A stretch of DNA of 64,000 nucleotides. Source: a virus. The DNA lies in the IMG/VR virus record IMGVR_UViG_3300046170_000505. The stretch is one strand, 5' to 3'. The stretch's first letter is position 1, and every line of letters starts with the position of its first letter. The translations under genes were made by a program, and so were the position numbers. Under the pieces are notes generated by a model. The model was not told the origin of the DNA. It ran no database searches and saw only the letters and a list, made by a program, of their open reading frames with translations. Shown piece by piece: positions 1-13,120 of this stretch.

Positions 1-342
1 GCTCATAAAAATAATGAAAATCATCTAGGCTCTTATTCTTTTGGTTGGGTGGATTTAGACTCTCAAGCTTGCGAGCAAGGTATTTATAATCTCTATACCC
101 AAGAAAGTATTGGCGGTGGTAGAGAAGTAAACTATGAGGCTTTTTATAGCTCACTATCTTCCGTTAGAGATGTTTTAGAAAAAGAGTGCTTGCATTCTGG
201 TGAAGAAATTATTTTAGGCTTACCTTACGGAATATCTTGTGGGTTAGCAGGTGGAAGTTGGAGAATAATTTATGCAATGATTGAAGATATTTTTATTGAC
301 AGCCCTATTAAAATATATATAGTTGAATATGATGGCAGATAG
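1..342 (+). CDS. Macrodomain protein (ADP-ribose processing), 5'-truncated by the window edge
   Basis: Frame is open from base 1. C-terminal LPYGISCGLAGGSW..IYAMIE matches the macrodomain P-x-I-G/S-C-G-L-A-G-G-x-W signature. Confidence 0.8.
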   Translation, partial: AHKNNENHLGSYSFGWVDLDSQACEQGIYNLYTQESIGGGREVNYEAFYSSLSSVRDVLEKECLHSGEEIILGLPYGISCGLAGGSWRIIYAMIEDIFIDSPIKIYIVEYDGR

Positions 343-1117
343 ATTTGATTTAGAAGATGCAATGAGCGCCCTATATGGCATGGGTGACGATATAGATGCC
401 ATTCTTCACTCTTATATGGATGCCAAAGTTCGCCCAACAGAAGATGAGATGGGTAATATGTTGATTGGCGCAAAAGCCTTACATAATGCTAGGTATCAAA
501 AAATGTGGGAAGTTTTTGAAGAATTAATTAAAAATGGAACTATTTCAAGTAAAAATACTGAAAATAATGATCTTAATCCCATAACTAAAAGCCTCTATGA
601 TGACGGCACATTAAAAAACAATAATTCAAATGATTAATACAATAGAAACTTGGAAAGCGCCCAAAGAAGTAGCGTTAGCTATTATTGATTTAGCTTTAGA
701 ACATATCAAAAAAGTTGAGCTTAACCCCGAAGTTGAAACCGAAGGAGATAACTTTGATTATTGGAATAGCTATGATTTAGGAGATGGCAATTATATAGAT
801 TATAATATTCATTGTGGAGATGAGTGGTGCGTACTTAAACAAGATGGTTCGGGAGAGTATGAATATACTGACCCTAGCACATGGTCTTGGGATGCTTGCG
901 CCTATGCAGTTAATCCACCAACTAAAGAAAATAAGTATCATCAAATAGACACAGATAGAGAACATTATTTATTTAATTACAATAAAAAGGGAAATAAAGA
1001 AGTAGTTTTTGAGGCTTAAAAGTGTATATTCTTGTATGGATTCTGACGCTTTAATATACGGCTTTACCTGTTTTTTGTTATTTATTTTTTTGCTTGATAC
1101 TTTTTTAAAATAAAACC

Positions 1118-1146
1118 TTGACAAGAATAAATTATTCCCCTACTAT
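1118..1146 (+). promoter_or_regulatory. sigma70-type early promoter
   Basis: TTGACA-17 nt-TACTAT directly upstream of ORF 1147..1725. Confidence 0.8.
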
Positions 1147-1725
1147 ATGGGAATTATGAGCGGAGAAGGTTTATCAGTAAGTTTTAGAAGAACGCAAAAG
1201 ACTAGCAAGTCTAATCAACAACTCCTTAGAGAGTTTCAAAAGATTATCTATGCTAGTCGAGTGACTACTCACATGAAATGGTATGGCGAAGCTCATAGTG
1301 TTGACATACTAGAGCATGGTGACGACAATCGACCAAAGTTTCAACAAGAATATGTTGCGATTAAAGACACCTTTCAATTTGAAATTAGTGTTTACGATTC
1401 TTGGTATCAAGATGCAGACCTATATGAATCCCATGAGAGAGAAGATAGCTTTGTTTCTTTTGCTAGAAAATTTGCCGAAGATAATAATTTAATGTATTTC
1501 CCCGAAGGTTATCCTGCTGAATGGATAGAGCAAGAAATAATTGATGGAAATAAAAATTGGAATCATTTTAATGTAAAACCCGATGATAAAAACATTGACA
1601 AGATATGCGAAATATACCATGATTATAGTATGGCTAGGCTTAAAGAAGATAAAAACGAATTTTGGTACGAAGCTAGAGATAAAATAAAACAATTAATGAA
1701 TCAAGAAGAAGTTTTAAATTATTAA
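1147..1725 (+). CDS. Hypothetical protein
   Basis: 192-aa ORF with its own promoter; the true start may be the ATG at 1156. Confidence 0.75.
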   Translation: MGIMSGEGLSVSFRRTQKTSKSNQQLLREFQKIIYASRVTTHMKWYGEAHSVDILEHGDDNRPKFQQEYVAIKDTFQFEISVYDSWYQDADLYESHEREDSFVSFARKFAEDNNLMYFPEGYPAEWIEQEIIDGNKNWNHFNVKPDDKNIDKICEIYHDYSMARLKEDKNEFWYEARDKIKQLMNQEEVLNY

Positions 1726-2964
1726 TTTAATACCATGAAAATAGACAATACACCCGAACATAAATACATTTTAATTGACACTAGCGCAAAAGCATCTTAT
1801 GCTTTTATTAGTTCTGCCATATTAACAGAGTATGAGGCTCAAACAAAAAATCGAGCTTTCGCAATGAATCGTGCTAACAAAAAATATGTATTAAATAAAG
1901 ATTGGAAATGAGTTTTATATCCTACATTGCGGTTGATTGGGGTAAACCAAATTCAATTTTACCACAAAGACCAATTTTGATGACTAAGACAGAAGCATTT
2001 AATTTAAACAAACAATTACTTTTAAATAACGAAAAGAAAAGATATGTAAGAGAAGAATTAGGATTAAGCTTAAATAATTCAAATAAAAAACAATATGAGT
2101 AAAAAAGATAGCCACTTAACAATAAGAGAAGATTTACTAGAAGAAGACCCCGACATCGCTGTCCCTATTAGATTTCTTGACTATCAAGAAGATGCTTGGA
2201 TTGGGGATAGTGATACCTTAAACATAGATGAAGAATATTCTCCCGAAAATGGAGAGCAATTAGATGATATGTCGGGTTACAACATGATTATTAAAATTAC
2301 CGATCCAAATCAATTAGATAAATATGGCAATCCTTGGAAAGAAAGATTAGCATTTGCTATTTCAGCAGATTTTGACTGGAACTAATCATAAATTTTCATA
2401 TCATAAAGTATGATTAACTATATTATTTTATTCCTCTTCTTATTTTTTATAAGTTGCAATCAAACTAAGAATATCGAAGCGATTTCTTCTGATTTAAATC
2501 AAAGCCTTTCTGAACCAAGTAACATTCAAAAAGAGATAGATGATTTACTAGCTGAAGATAAGAAGAATAAAATGCTAGAATTAGAATATCTTGAACAAAT
2601 AAGATTGGCGCAAGAAAACAATGATACAGAAGCCTTTGAATTTTTCTTTCAAGAATATGCTGATGTCGAAAGGTTGAAAATTCCCGAAGAACTTAAAAAA
2701 GAACCAAATTATTTTCAAGGCGGTATAAAAGTTAAATATTAACGAGTGACAGAGCAAATCATAGAGCATATTAATTACCAAAAGGGTTATGAAAAGGGCT
2801 ATTCTGACGCTCAAGAAAACCTTGCAAAAAAATTTGAAAAAATTTTAAGTAAAAACGCTAACCAATCATACGATAAAGGTTTCCGAGAAGGAGCAAATCA
2901 AAAAAATAATAAACCATGTGTTTGTGGTTTTTGGGGCGAAGAAAAGAAATAGAAATGATTAATC

Positions 2965-3129
2965 GTGATAAAACTAGCAAGTAAAATGCTATATCATGTT
3001 GGAGATTTGGTTTCTTGGTTTTTGCGCTTCACTTGTTTTAGTTGGTTGTATCCACTTTATAGAAAAATTATGATATTAAGTTCTGAGCTTGACAAAGATG
3101 GAGAAGTATGGGAGAATGCAAATAAATGA
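2965..3129 (+). CDS. Small hypothetical protein, paralog of 11229..11438 (absent from the ORF track)
   Basis: GTG start, 54 aa. SKMLYHVGDLVS..LR...YPLYRKIM..S..LD....VWENA is shared with the 11229 ORF. Confidence 0.7.
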   Translation: MIKLASKMLYHVGDLVSWFLRFTCFSWLYPLYRKIMILSSELDKDGEVWENANK

Positions 3130-3425
3130 TTAATTGGATTAAAGTTGAAGAAAAAACTCCCGAAGAGGGAAAGAGATTGCTTTACTTCTTTGAAGGCACA
3201 GGAGTATGGACAGGTTTTTATTATGGTAGGGATGAAGGCTATCCTAGTTCAAATAACCATGTATTTGGTTGCGAAGCAGGATTCTTAACAGGAGATGTTA
3301 CTCATTATTGCTATATTGATTACCCCGAAGGTGAAGATGCAGAGTGGAGAGTTGACGCAGATAGAGAATTTTCTGAAGAAACCAAACTTCAAATAAATAA
3401 AATGAAAGAACCTATTGATTGGTAA
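3126..3425 (+). CDS. DUF551-like phage protein
   Basis: N-terminal WIKVEEKTPE and C-terminal VTHY pattern. Confidence 0.6.
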   Translation: MINWIKVEEKTPEEGKRLLYFFEGTGVWTGFYYGRDEGYPSSNNHVFGCEAGFLTGDVTHYCYIDYPEGEDAEWRVDADREFSEETKLQINKMKEPIDW

Positions 3426-5701
3426 ATAATGAAAACATTACATAATACTAAAAACTGCAAATACAGAAAATTCTTGCATAGAAAACTAAAGCACGGCAAA
3501 ATAAGTGGCAAGTTTTATAAGTTTATTTGCAGAAATTTTCCTTATCGAGTTACTGCAAGAGAAGTGACGATATGTGTCAGAAAGGTTCTTGATGGTGAAA
3601 TGACTGAAAATAAAGCTATCTTCACTTTACAAGGAGCAGAAAGCGAACTAAAGTATCAACAAGAGTTATACAAGTCAAATGTAGAATGCAGAAAGAAAAT
3701 TGAAAAACCTAATAAACGAATAAATATTAACACAAAAGACTCTTTGTACGCTTACAATAAATGAAACTATTAAAGTGGGCTTGGAATAGTGTTTGCGCAA
3801 TTTTTATAATATGTTATTGTATTTATGCTAGTTTTAAAGAGTGCTTATTAGGGGAAGAATAAAATGAAAGAAATTATATTAAAAACTTTAAAAGAAATTG
3901 CTTGCGGTAGCACAGGCTCTTGCCAAATAAACTTACAATCCGAATCTGCCCAAATAACGATAGCTGAAAAACTAGAAATAGCTCTCAGACCTTATGTTTC
4001 TGAATTGATAGAGGAGATTATTTGCCCATCAGATGTGCCAACTAATGACTTATGATGAGCATTATAAAAATATAAGAAAAGCTTCTAGTCTTGTTTCTAA
4101 AGCTATATCTGAATGCGATCTCAGTTTAAAAGAATTAAAACTTTTGCACTCTAAACTCGGTTTCCTAATTAAAAATTTAAATTATTGGAGTGCGTATGGA
4201 AATAAATTTAGATACCACTATGATCTAAAGCATTTCGTCCTTTGGGTATTAAAAACCTTTAGTAAGGAAGGTAATTAAATACGAAACCTAAGCCTGTGCT
4301 TGCCATTGTAACAATAGTGGTAAGCATAAACTTTATTATATTAAAACAATCTTTTTCTGTAAGCATGATGTAAATAACGATGCTTGACTAGATATGGATC
4401 ATTTTTTTTATTGACATTGCTATTATATTATTTTAACCTCTTTTACATCAGATGATTTGTTTAAATTCACAAGGACTACCACTAATCGAGGAACTAAAAG
4501 ATTTAAGAGCTATAACCTTAGAAGATATGGAAAAAGAAAAAGATATAATAGAAAAAACAGGAGATGAAAAGGAAGCATTAATTGAGGAAATAGTAGAGTA
4601 TAATATTAACAACGGAACAAGCGTTATATTTCTCGAACCTAAAGACATGTATGACCAAGCTATTCACGGATATAGTAGACAAGGCAATGTGATTTATTCG
4701 TACAACGAAATAATTCAATCTCTCATTGATAATAACAATACATATGAAGAAGCAATCGAATGGGTTGATTTCAATACTTTTGGAACTTTTGACCACATGA
4801 GCAATGTGGATTGGATAAAAGATAACCCCAACACTAATCCCCCTATTTTTATGTACGAAGAATGAATACCGAAACACTAGAAGAACAAGACGCTGATACC
4901 ATATCAGTCAAAGTTAATTTTAAAGTTGACAAGCATGGGAACAAAATATACAACCTTGATTTAATTATTGAGAATTTCATCGAAGAAACTCAAAACTTAT
5001 TTTGGAAAAATATTAAAAGCGATGAATAATTTAATAGAAAAAGAAATAGTTTGGTCTAAAGGCAAAACTAGGAAAGAAATGTCAAAGCAAACTTTTTGGT
5101 CTAGCTCGAAAGATTGTAGTGGTCTTAGCGGTCTTGAAGTTAGAGCATACGACTTTAATGTTCATGTTGGTTGTACTGCAATCACAAGCCAAGGAAGAAG
5201 TCATAATAAATATTTTCAAATCCCTGTTGACAAGATCGAAGAGTTTTGTAATGCTTTGATGGAAGCTAAAAAATTAATGGAAAGTAAAAGTAATGAAAAA
5301 ATATAGATTATCAGTAACAGAAGAAATTGGTGGATACATTATAGTTGAAGCTAAGAATGTAGATGAAGCAGAAGAAATTGCAGAAGAATTACTTGACGAA
5401 CATGGTTGTCAAGATCTTTTTTACAATCATAATTTAACTAAATATCATGGCGATCAAACTCATGGAGATAGAGGAGTTTTTAGTTGCGAGGAAATAAAAT
5501 GAAAAGATTTGAAATAGAAATAGCAAGCACAACTTATCGCACTTACTTTATTGATTCAGAATCGAAAGATGATGCAGTCAGTAGGGCTTTTGATGAAGTT
5601 GATGCTGATTGGGAAATAAGCAAAGCATGGAAACAAAATGCTGAAGTTAGTTTTGTAGAAGAGCAAGAAAAAGAATCTGAAGAAGATTCAATGGAATTAA
5701 A

Positions 5702-5986
5702 ATGAAAGTTTCAGAATTAGAAGTTAAAGAAAGTTTTGATGGCGAACTATATTTTCGCTTACCCGATGACTTGCTAGATAGACTAGGATGGGAAGTTGGT
5801 GATGACTTGAAGTTCATCCCACAAGATGAAGCATTTATTATTAAAAAAGTAAAATATGAAACGATTGAGCTTGACTTTGATAACGAAGAATTGCTAAAAT
5901 ATATGCAGTTCGCACATGAAAAAAATATTACATTTAATGAGCTTTGCGAACAAGCGATAAAAGAAAAAATAAAAGAAAATGAATAA
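5702..5986 (+). CDS. AbrB/MazE-like DNA-binding protein
   Basis: GELYFRLPDDLLDRLGWEVGDDLKF swapped-hairpin motif. Confidence 0.7.
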   Translation: MKVSELEVKESFDGELYFRLPDDLLDRLGWEVGDDLKFIPQDEAFIIKKVKYETIELDFDNEELLKYMQFAHEKNITFNELCEQAIKEKIKENE

Positions 5987-6315
5987 ATGCGAAGAGATAC
6001 AAAAAATAGATAGTTTGTTTGAAGTCGAGAGCGGATTAGATACTCGTCTTTTCGAGTTAGCAGGTTATCCTCTCATAGAAGACCTTGTAGAAAAAATGTT
6101 CCAATTAAAGGAGCAAATGAATAAGAGGCTCAATGATCGAGCAAAACTTTTAGGCATAGGTGGAGAGTTTGGTGTTGTTCCACCCGATACATCTCATTTA
6201 AATAATGATGATTTTGGCGCATTTATCAGAGGAGAGATTAGTGTCGATGGAAAAAAGATTAAGACTCCATTAAAAAACTCTTGACATTAGTAGACACAAC
6301 ATTTATCGTAAAAGC

Positions 6316-6675
6316 ATGAAAAAAATTATAGGAGACGATTACCCAACTTACGAAGATTCAGCAAAACTTACTCTTGCCGAAAGAGAAGTGCATAAAGATA
6401 ACTTGGAAAGGTTACTATTAGAAAACCTTCAACTTAAACATCGCTTGTCTTGCGTTGCCGATGACATAGAAATCATAGATAGGCACATTAAAAAGAATTG
6501 CAATAAAAGATTTAAAAGACCAAGTCTTAATAAGGATGGTAGTGTGTTTGCCGAGGAAGCATGGCACAACATCACTAATATAGAAATTGCTTGCGATTTA
6601 TCTGACGAATCAGTTGATGAATGGGGTTCTGACCTAGCACAAGAATATAGGCAAAAGTTAATGACCCATGAATAA
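6316..6675 (+). CDS. Hypothetical protein, tandem paralog of 6668..6904
   Basis: Shared HI..NCN..F..P.L..DG....E.AWHNI.NI...C motif; leaderless promoter TTGACA(6281)-17-TATCGT-6-ATG. Confidence 0.75.
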   Translation: MKKIIGDDYPTYEDSAKLTLAEREVHKDNLERLLLENLQLKHRLSCVADDIEIIDRHIKKNCNKRFKRPSLNKDGSVFAEEAWHNITNIEIACDLSDESVDEWGSDLAQEYRQKLMTHE

Positions 6676-6904
6676 TATCGAGCCAACATATTTGCTTAAT
6701 AAACTTGACTCAATCGAAAAAGATTTAAAAATATTAATTGACCATATCGAGCAAAATTGCAACGATGCTTTTGAAAAACCAACCTTATCTCAAGATGGCA
6801 ACATCTATTATGAAAAGGCTTGGCATAATATATACAACATAATGTTTACTTGTCGTTTTGGCATCAAAGATCATGTGGAATTACAGAATAATACATTACA
6901 ATAG
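6668..6904 (+). CDS. Hypothetical protein, tandem paralog of 6316..6675
   Basis: Same motif as the upstream ORF. Confidence 0.7.
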   Translation: MNNIEPTYLLNKLDSIEKDLKILIDHIEQNCNDAFEKPTLSQDGNIYYEKAWHNIYNIMFTCRFGIKDHVELQNNTLQ

Positions 6905-7161
6905 CGACAAAGGTATGGGCTTAAAAGACCACTATGGTCTTTATGAAGTTATATATAATGATGAAGGTAAAATATCTGCGCATACAGAAGAACCCGAAGT
7001 GATAGCTGATACTCCCGAAGAATTGATAGAATCTTTGGAGATGATGTTGGATGATGCAAAAAAATGTAAAAATAAAATACTTGACTATAAGACAATAGAG
7101 TTTTATCCTTTGACTAATGACGATAAAGAAGAATCTGTAACCTTAGAAGAATTATTTAATA

Positions 7162-7299
7162 ATGAAGGAGAACCAAAAGAAGAAAACTAAACAACCTAAG
7201 CCAAAAACATCTACTCAAAATGGCAAAGGCGATTCTCCTAGAAATATTTCTGATAAATTTAAAAAAAACTATCAACAAATTAATTGGTCTAAAAAGTGA
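7162..7299 (+). CDS. Small basic phage protein (GKGDSPR..NY..INW type; absent from the ORF track)
   Basis: 45-aa ORF that fills the gap and overlaps the next start. Confidence 0.55.
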   Translation: MKENQKKKTKQPKPKTSTQNGKGDSPRNISDKFKKNYQQINWSKK

Positions 7300-7893
7300 A
7301 AATAACAATAAATAATTATAATAAAACTTATAGCGCTGAAGTCGATGATGATATGGATGTTGAAAGCATAGCTGACATCTTTAAAGGTTTGCTTGTGAGT
7401 ATGGGATACCACCCATGCAATGTAGATGAATTATTTAATACAGAATATAAGTGGTTTACACAAGCGGAAATAGATAATAACAGGCAAGGTCATTTAAAAA
7501 GAGACATCCAACCCTTTATGAACGCTTTTAAAAAAGGCTATGAAGCTAAAGAGCTTCAAGAGCAAATGTACAACCAAGACCTTCAAGAAAAATCATATCA
7601 AGAAAAATTAAATAAAATAAAAGATAATGAGTAAAAAGAGAGAGTATTGTGTTGGGATTAAAATAATCAACTGCTTTTATGTCGAGGCTGAAAATCGAGA
7701 CGAAGCAGAGCAAATAGTCAGAGAGTATGATCCATACAAAACTCTTGACGATTGTGATTTTAACATCGAGTATGCCGATCCTACAAATGGAGAGATAGCA
7801 TGGAAGATAAAAGCAGATGAAGTAGATTGGAATGAACTTCGTGATAAAGATGACGATTGGACTAATCATCTTCACGATCAACAATAAAATATT

Positions 7894-8343
7894 ATGCCAA
7901 ATTGGACTCACAATATAGTAGGCTTTGAAGCCCCAAAAAATAAATTGCAAGAAATAAAAGCAAAGTTATTTAGCGATAACAATGTTTTTAATTTTAATAA
8001 AGTAATACCCATGCCCGAACATTCTGAAAAATTTCACGCTAAAGGGAATCTTGGTGATGAAGAGCGAAAAAAATTCGGGGATAATAATTGGTATCATTGG
8101 TCGGTATATAATTGGGGAACTAAATGGAATTCGGTAAGAGCAGAAGTTTCAGAAGAAAGTGATAATTGTATTAACTACCACTTTGATACGGCATGGGATG
8201 CTCCTAGACCAATCATTCAAGAAATATGCACCAATGGTATGCTAAAAAATTGTTCTGATTTCTATTGGACTTGTTACCATGAAAACGAGGAAGAACCCGA
8301 AGAAATAATTAAGACAATAGCGTGTGCTGATTATGTAACATGA
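7894..8343 (+). CDS. DUF1281/YubB-like protein
   Basis: MPNW..N, WYHW...NWGTKW and FDTAW.AP motifs. Confidence 0.75.
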   Translation: MPNWTHNIVGFEAPKNKLQEIKAKLFSDNNVFNFNKVIPMPEHSEKFHAKGNLGDEERKKFGDNNWYHWSVYNWGTKWNSVRAEVSEESDNCINYHFDTAWDAPRPIIQEICTNGMLKNCSDFYWTCYHENEEEPEEIIKTIACADYVT

Positions 8344-11300
8344 ACTTCTCTATCTTAAATAAAATTCAGCAACAAGCTGAAGAAATAAAAGATATTATTG
8401 ATCAAATAAAAGCCCTTGAAGAAGGGCTTAATTATTTAAATTACCCAAAACATCTTGATTATTTAAAAGAGTCAGACAAAGAAAAAACTCGCTTGACAAT
8501 CCAAAGACTACATGAAAGACTAGAATCCGATTATCCACATTGGAAAGAATAAATAAAAACAAATATGAAATTAACTAAATATCAAAAATCTGAATTACTT
8601 AAACATGATTGGGATGTCTATGAGGCAGAACATGGTCAAAATTGCGCATGGATTAGAATTGAACCTTCCGATGGGGAGATATTTGGACAAGTCGCTGAAG
8701 AATTAGGTTTAACAGGAGATGATGGAGATATTAAATTATTAATTGTCGGAACACAACAAGGAGATTAAATATGAGAACCACACAAAGAGAACTTAGAGAA
8801 GGTAACCCTACTATTGAAGATATGAGATATGATCTTGCGGAACAAGAAGCAATGAATATGAGTGTCAGTCAAATGATTCAATATATAATAGATGGGTTTG
8901 AAGGATTAGATAATATTCCCGACATTGAAATAAAAGAAGAATGGGAAGAAATTTTTGGAGAATTAAAAAATTGGGAGACAAATAAATGAATTTAGAACAA
9001 GCAATAGAATTAGTTTTAGAAGAAGCAGAAACATCTGCTATTGGCGATTTAGGAGAAAATCCCCATAGTCAATCGGTTATGTCTGCAATCGAATTAGTGC
9101 AATCTTTCTACGAAGAGCATGGACATCATTTCTCAAACTTTTCTCTTGACAAGGATTGCTGATCATGCAATTATATGTCTATCGTTAAATTAATAAACAA
9201 AAATTATTATGAAAAATTATTTTGAAACGCAAAGAGTTAATTGGAAAACATGGAATCCTAGCCAAATTATTTTTAAGAGCAATCGACTTATTAAAAAGTT
9301 AATGCCCGAAGAAAATGTTTTGTCTTGGACTAGTAAAGGTGATCGCAATCAAAAAATGTGCGAATTAACAAAAGGTAAAGTGCAAACAGGCTATCAAGGC
9401 AAAACTTATCATGGTAGTGAAAATCTTAAAGGTGTTATGGTTCAACTCAAAGATATGAATAGCGAATTTCCATCTGCTAACATTGATTTCGTTGATTATA
9501 CCCATCGAAAAGATAGTGTTGGAAATAATGTTGGAAGACTTGATGTATTAGTTTATCTAAATTCTTATCATGCTCCTTGGGAATATGTAAGATGTCTACA
9601 AACCAATAATTGGATTAGAAAACCAAGGGGCAATGTAGCGCCACTAGAAGAAGGTTATCGTATTTGTTATGGTGGACAAGGTGATTCTAATTCTATGTTA
9701 TTCGATGAGTTTCAAGAATTAATTCAAATAACAGAGGCAGTTAAAAACTTTCTTGTCGAAGTTCTTGTTCCTGTCAAAAATGGAGAGTATGACTATTCAG
9801 AATTAATGGTTGCATAATTGATGAAAGAATTAGAGATAAATAAAGAAGATCAAAGTGGGGAAGAGTCTCACTTATATAATATTATTAGTGCTTGCGAATT
9901 AGTCCTTGACGATATGGAGCATGGAGCAAAGTTATCTGAATCGAGTTTTAATTTACTCGGTTATGCAGATGGAATAATGCTTCGTATTCAAAAAGATGTT
10001 AGCAAGCAAAATATCCCAACAAACATAAGTGAATAATTTACTAGAGAGTTTGCCCGATGTATTTTATGCTATAAATATTATAGCAGGATGCGCCTTAGTA
10101 TTGCTCTTTCTTTTAATTATTACTAGCATAGATTCTGACTAATGAATATAGACTACGAATTACTAGAAGAACAAAGAAATCATTTGTTATCTATCTTGTG
10201 GCATGACAATAAAGACCCTCTTTTGAAAAAGAACTTTCGCCCCGAATTAGATAGCGAAATAGGTTGGGGCATTATTCATCTTTTAGATGCTCTATTGGAT
10301 GAAAATGAGAAGAATAAATAATGATTACAGAAACACAAATACAAAATTTTCTTTATGATATTGATGATGAATTAAGTGACGATCAAATAAATTCATTAGC
10401 ACAAAAAATATATAATAATCAAAAAATATTATTGGAGTTAATTAAAGATGGCACATGATGAATTTAATAGTGGTGCAAGTCATGGATTTAGCATGGCATT
10501 GTATGCAGTAAGAGATGTTGACAGAGAAATAGAGTACCCAAAAGAGGGGTTCGATAAAACAGATTATATAAGATATAATTCTCAAAAAGATTTATTATAC
10601 AAAATATATGAATCAATTAAAAAGCAACAAAAACTAGAAGTACATGAAAACGATTATTAAATTATTCTTGACATTTTCTTGTTTTTTTCTTATAAGTTGT
10701 TCTAGTGTAAAATTATCAAATAATTGCTTTTGCGTAGAAACACTTATCGACTGCGACATTTGTAAAAAACAACTTAAAAAATATGATCGTAAAAACCATT
10801 AAAAAACTAATTTGGTCTTTCACTCGTAAGCGAGAAATCAACAAAGTCACCAAGGATAGCATGATTAAGAACGAAAAAGTTCTTGAGCATTTAAGTGACG
10901 AAGCAGATTATGATGGGATGGGGGATTGGGGTAGATTTCCACCAATCAAAAAAGATAAATAATTATGGTTGACCTCACTTTATTTGAAAGAATAAATTCT
11001 CAAATACAAAGGTTAAGCGATGATCATAGCGAAGAAAATACTGATTTAATAAATAATGTATTGTTGCCTATGTTGCAGTACATCAGAGATCACGAAAAAA
11101 TAATGGAAGAAATTGCTAGAATTAGTAGTAAACATGGAATTTAATATGAGCCAACCAATGCAATGTCAAATTAATTGGGTAAAAAATTTAAATGAGTTAA
11201 TTAAACAACAAACTGATAGAAGAAATAATTGAAAACTTATTTAAGTAAAATCTTCTATTTCTTAGGAGACTTAGTCTCTCATCTTTTGCGTTATAATATA

Positions 11301-11725
11301 ACAGGCGCAATCTTTTATCCATTGTATAGAAAGCTAATGTTAATTAGTGTTAGCCTTGACACAAATAATATTGTGTGGGAGAATGCTCAAGATAAAGAAA
11401 GTTTAAAAATAGATTTAATTAGTAAAAGTAAAAGATGAAAATACAATTAGGGATAAGAGGTAGCATAGATGCAATCAACCATATTATCATTAAACTAGAT
11501 GATCTTATGCTTGTAACTGCTGACAATTTATTTCTCACAGGAGAAGAGGGTCGAATTAAAACAGGAAAAAATTTAGTCGAATTATTAAATGCTTTATCAA
11601 AGGATCATAAAATATCTGTCGGTGAAAGTATAGCTAAAGAAATTGAAAGAGAATTAAATTTAGAAAACAAAGAATTGCAAAAATTTATTGTTGACAAGGT
11701 TTAATTTTTGCCCTACTATTAATGT

Positions 11726-12229
11726 ATGAAAAAAGAAAACGCATCCGCTTTAGCGCTTGTTTACTTACATAAGCATAACTTACTCCAAAATGGTTGGAGA
11801 TTTAATTGGCATAGTAAAAAAGTTGCTCTTGGGACTTGTAATTATAATAAGAAAAAAATTTACTTATCTAAATGGTATGTCGAGCTTAACGATAAATTAG
11901 AAGTTGTTGATACTATTTTGCATGAGATCGCTCATGCTTTAGCTTACCATCGTCATGGAAGCGCAGGTCGTGGACATGGTAAAATATGGAAATCTATTTG
12001 CAGGGAGATAGGAGCAAGACCCGAAAGGTGCAATAAGAAAAAATTAAATAAACCAAATGATCATTATAAATATGTTGACACTTGTTGCGGAACAACTTAT
12101 AAAAGACACAGATTAAGAAAACACGCTAGATATTCTTGCCCAAAATGCGGGGTTGTTTTATACAAAGGAGAGAAGGCGAAAATAGCAGATCGCGCCACAA
12201 AAGAACTATTAAATGATATATTAAGATGA
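11726..12229 (+). CDS. SprT-like Zn metalloprotease
   Basis: LGTC, TILHEIAHAL (HExxH), GHGKIWK and a C-terminal Cys knuckle; leaderless promoter TTGACA-17-TACTAT-6-ATG. Confidence 0.85.
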   Translation: MKKENASALALVYLHKHNLLQNGWRFNWHSKKVALGTCNYNKKKIYLSKWYVELNDKLEVVDTILHEIAHALAYHRHGSAGRGHGKIWKSICREIGARPERCNKKKLNKPNDHYKYVDTCCGTTYKRHRLRKHARYSCPKCGVVLYKGEKAKIADRATKELLNDILR

Positions 12230-12620
12230 GAAAAGGACACTATATATGGAACAGAGCAGACAGAGTAGACCCCTCTGTTATGCCACAAGTAGTTTTAGAA
12301 TCTTTCAATGAATGGCGCAAAGATTTAATGAAAGAATATAAATGCGGAAATGAAGATAGAAAAGCTCAAATATTGCGCACAATAAAAAAGCAAAAAATTA
12401 ACCTCGTTTATAATTTAGAGAGACTAGGCTATGAACAATATAATTGAAGTAAAAGAAAAGAAGTATAAAAATCGCAAAGATTCTTTGTGGGTCGTAACTT
12501 CTAATCATGCAGAAAATATTAATTTATTAACTCGCAAAAAAAGCCTTGACAGGGTTGATTTACTATGCTTAACTGATCTTGGTTTTAAAATAAATCATAA
12601 ATAAATAAGGAGAAAATATT

Positions 12621-13040
12621 ATGGGATTAGATATGTACGCATACGCAAAGAACTCCAACGGAGAAGAAGAATCACTTGCTGATTGGCGCAAGCATAATCG
12701 CTTGCATGGTTGGATGGAAGACCTTTGGGAAGACAAAGGTAGACCATACGAAGGCAACTTAGATGATTTAAATAATGGGGGCATGGGGGAATTTAATTGT
12801 GTCCCTGTTGAGCTTACCTTGGAAGACCTTGATCAACTAGAGATTGATATTAAGGAAAAAGTTTTGCCCGAAACAGGTGGATTCTTTTTCGGTGACGATT
12901 CTTTTGATTGGGAAGACGATGATGGTAATAAGCCAAAAGCAGGAGACTATTATTACAAGCAAACTGATCTACAATTCATTGAAGATGCTCGCAAAGCAAT
13001 TAATGAAGGGAAAAAAGTTTATTATAGTAGTTGGTGGTAA
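12621..13040 (+). CDS. Conserved phage protein (MGLDMY...WRK.N.LH.W...YY.SWW type)
   Basis: Characteristic N- and C-terminal motifs; AGGAG ribosome-binding site. Confidence 0.7.
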   Translation: MGLDMYAYAKNSNGEEESLADWRKHNRLHGWMEDLWEDKGRPYEGNLDDLNNGGMGEFNCVPVELTLEDLDQLEIDIKEKVLPETGGFFFGDDSFDWEDDDGNKPKAGDYYYKQTDLQFIEDARKAINEGKKVYYSSWW

Positions 13041-13045
13041 ATTTT

Positions 13046-13120
13046 CGCATGGTAGCCAAGTGGTAAGGCAGGAGTCTGCAAAACTCCCATTCATCAGTTC
13101 GATTCTGATCCATGCGTCCA
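13046..13120 (+). tRNA. tRNA-Cys(GCA)
   Basis: Acceptor stem CGCATGG/CCATGCG, anticodon arm GGAGT-CTGCAAA-ACTCC, T-arm ATCAG-TTCGATT-CTGAT, U discriminator and encoded CCA. Confidence 0.95.
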
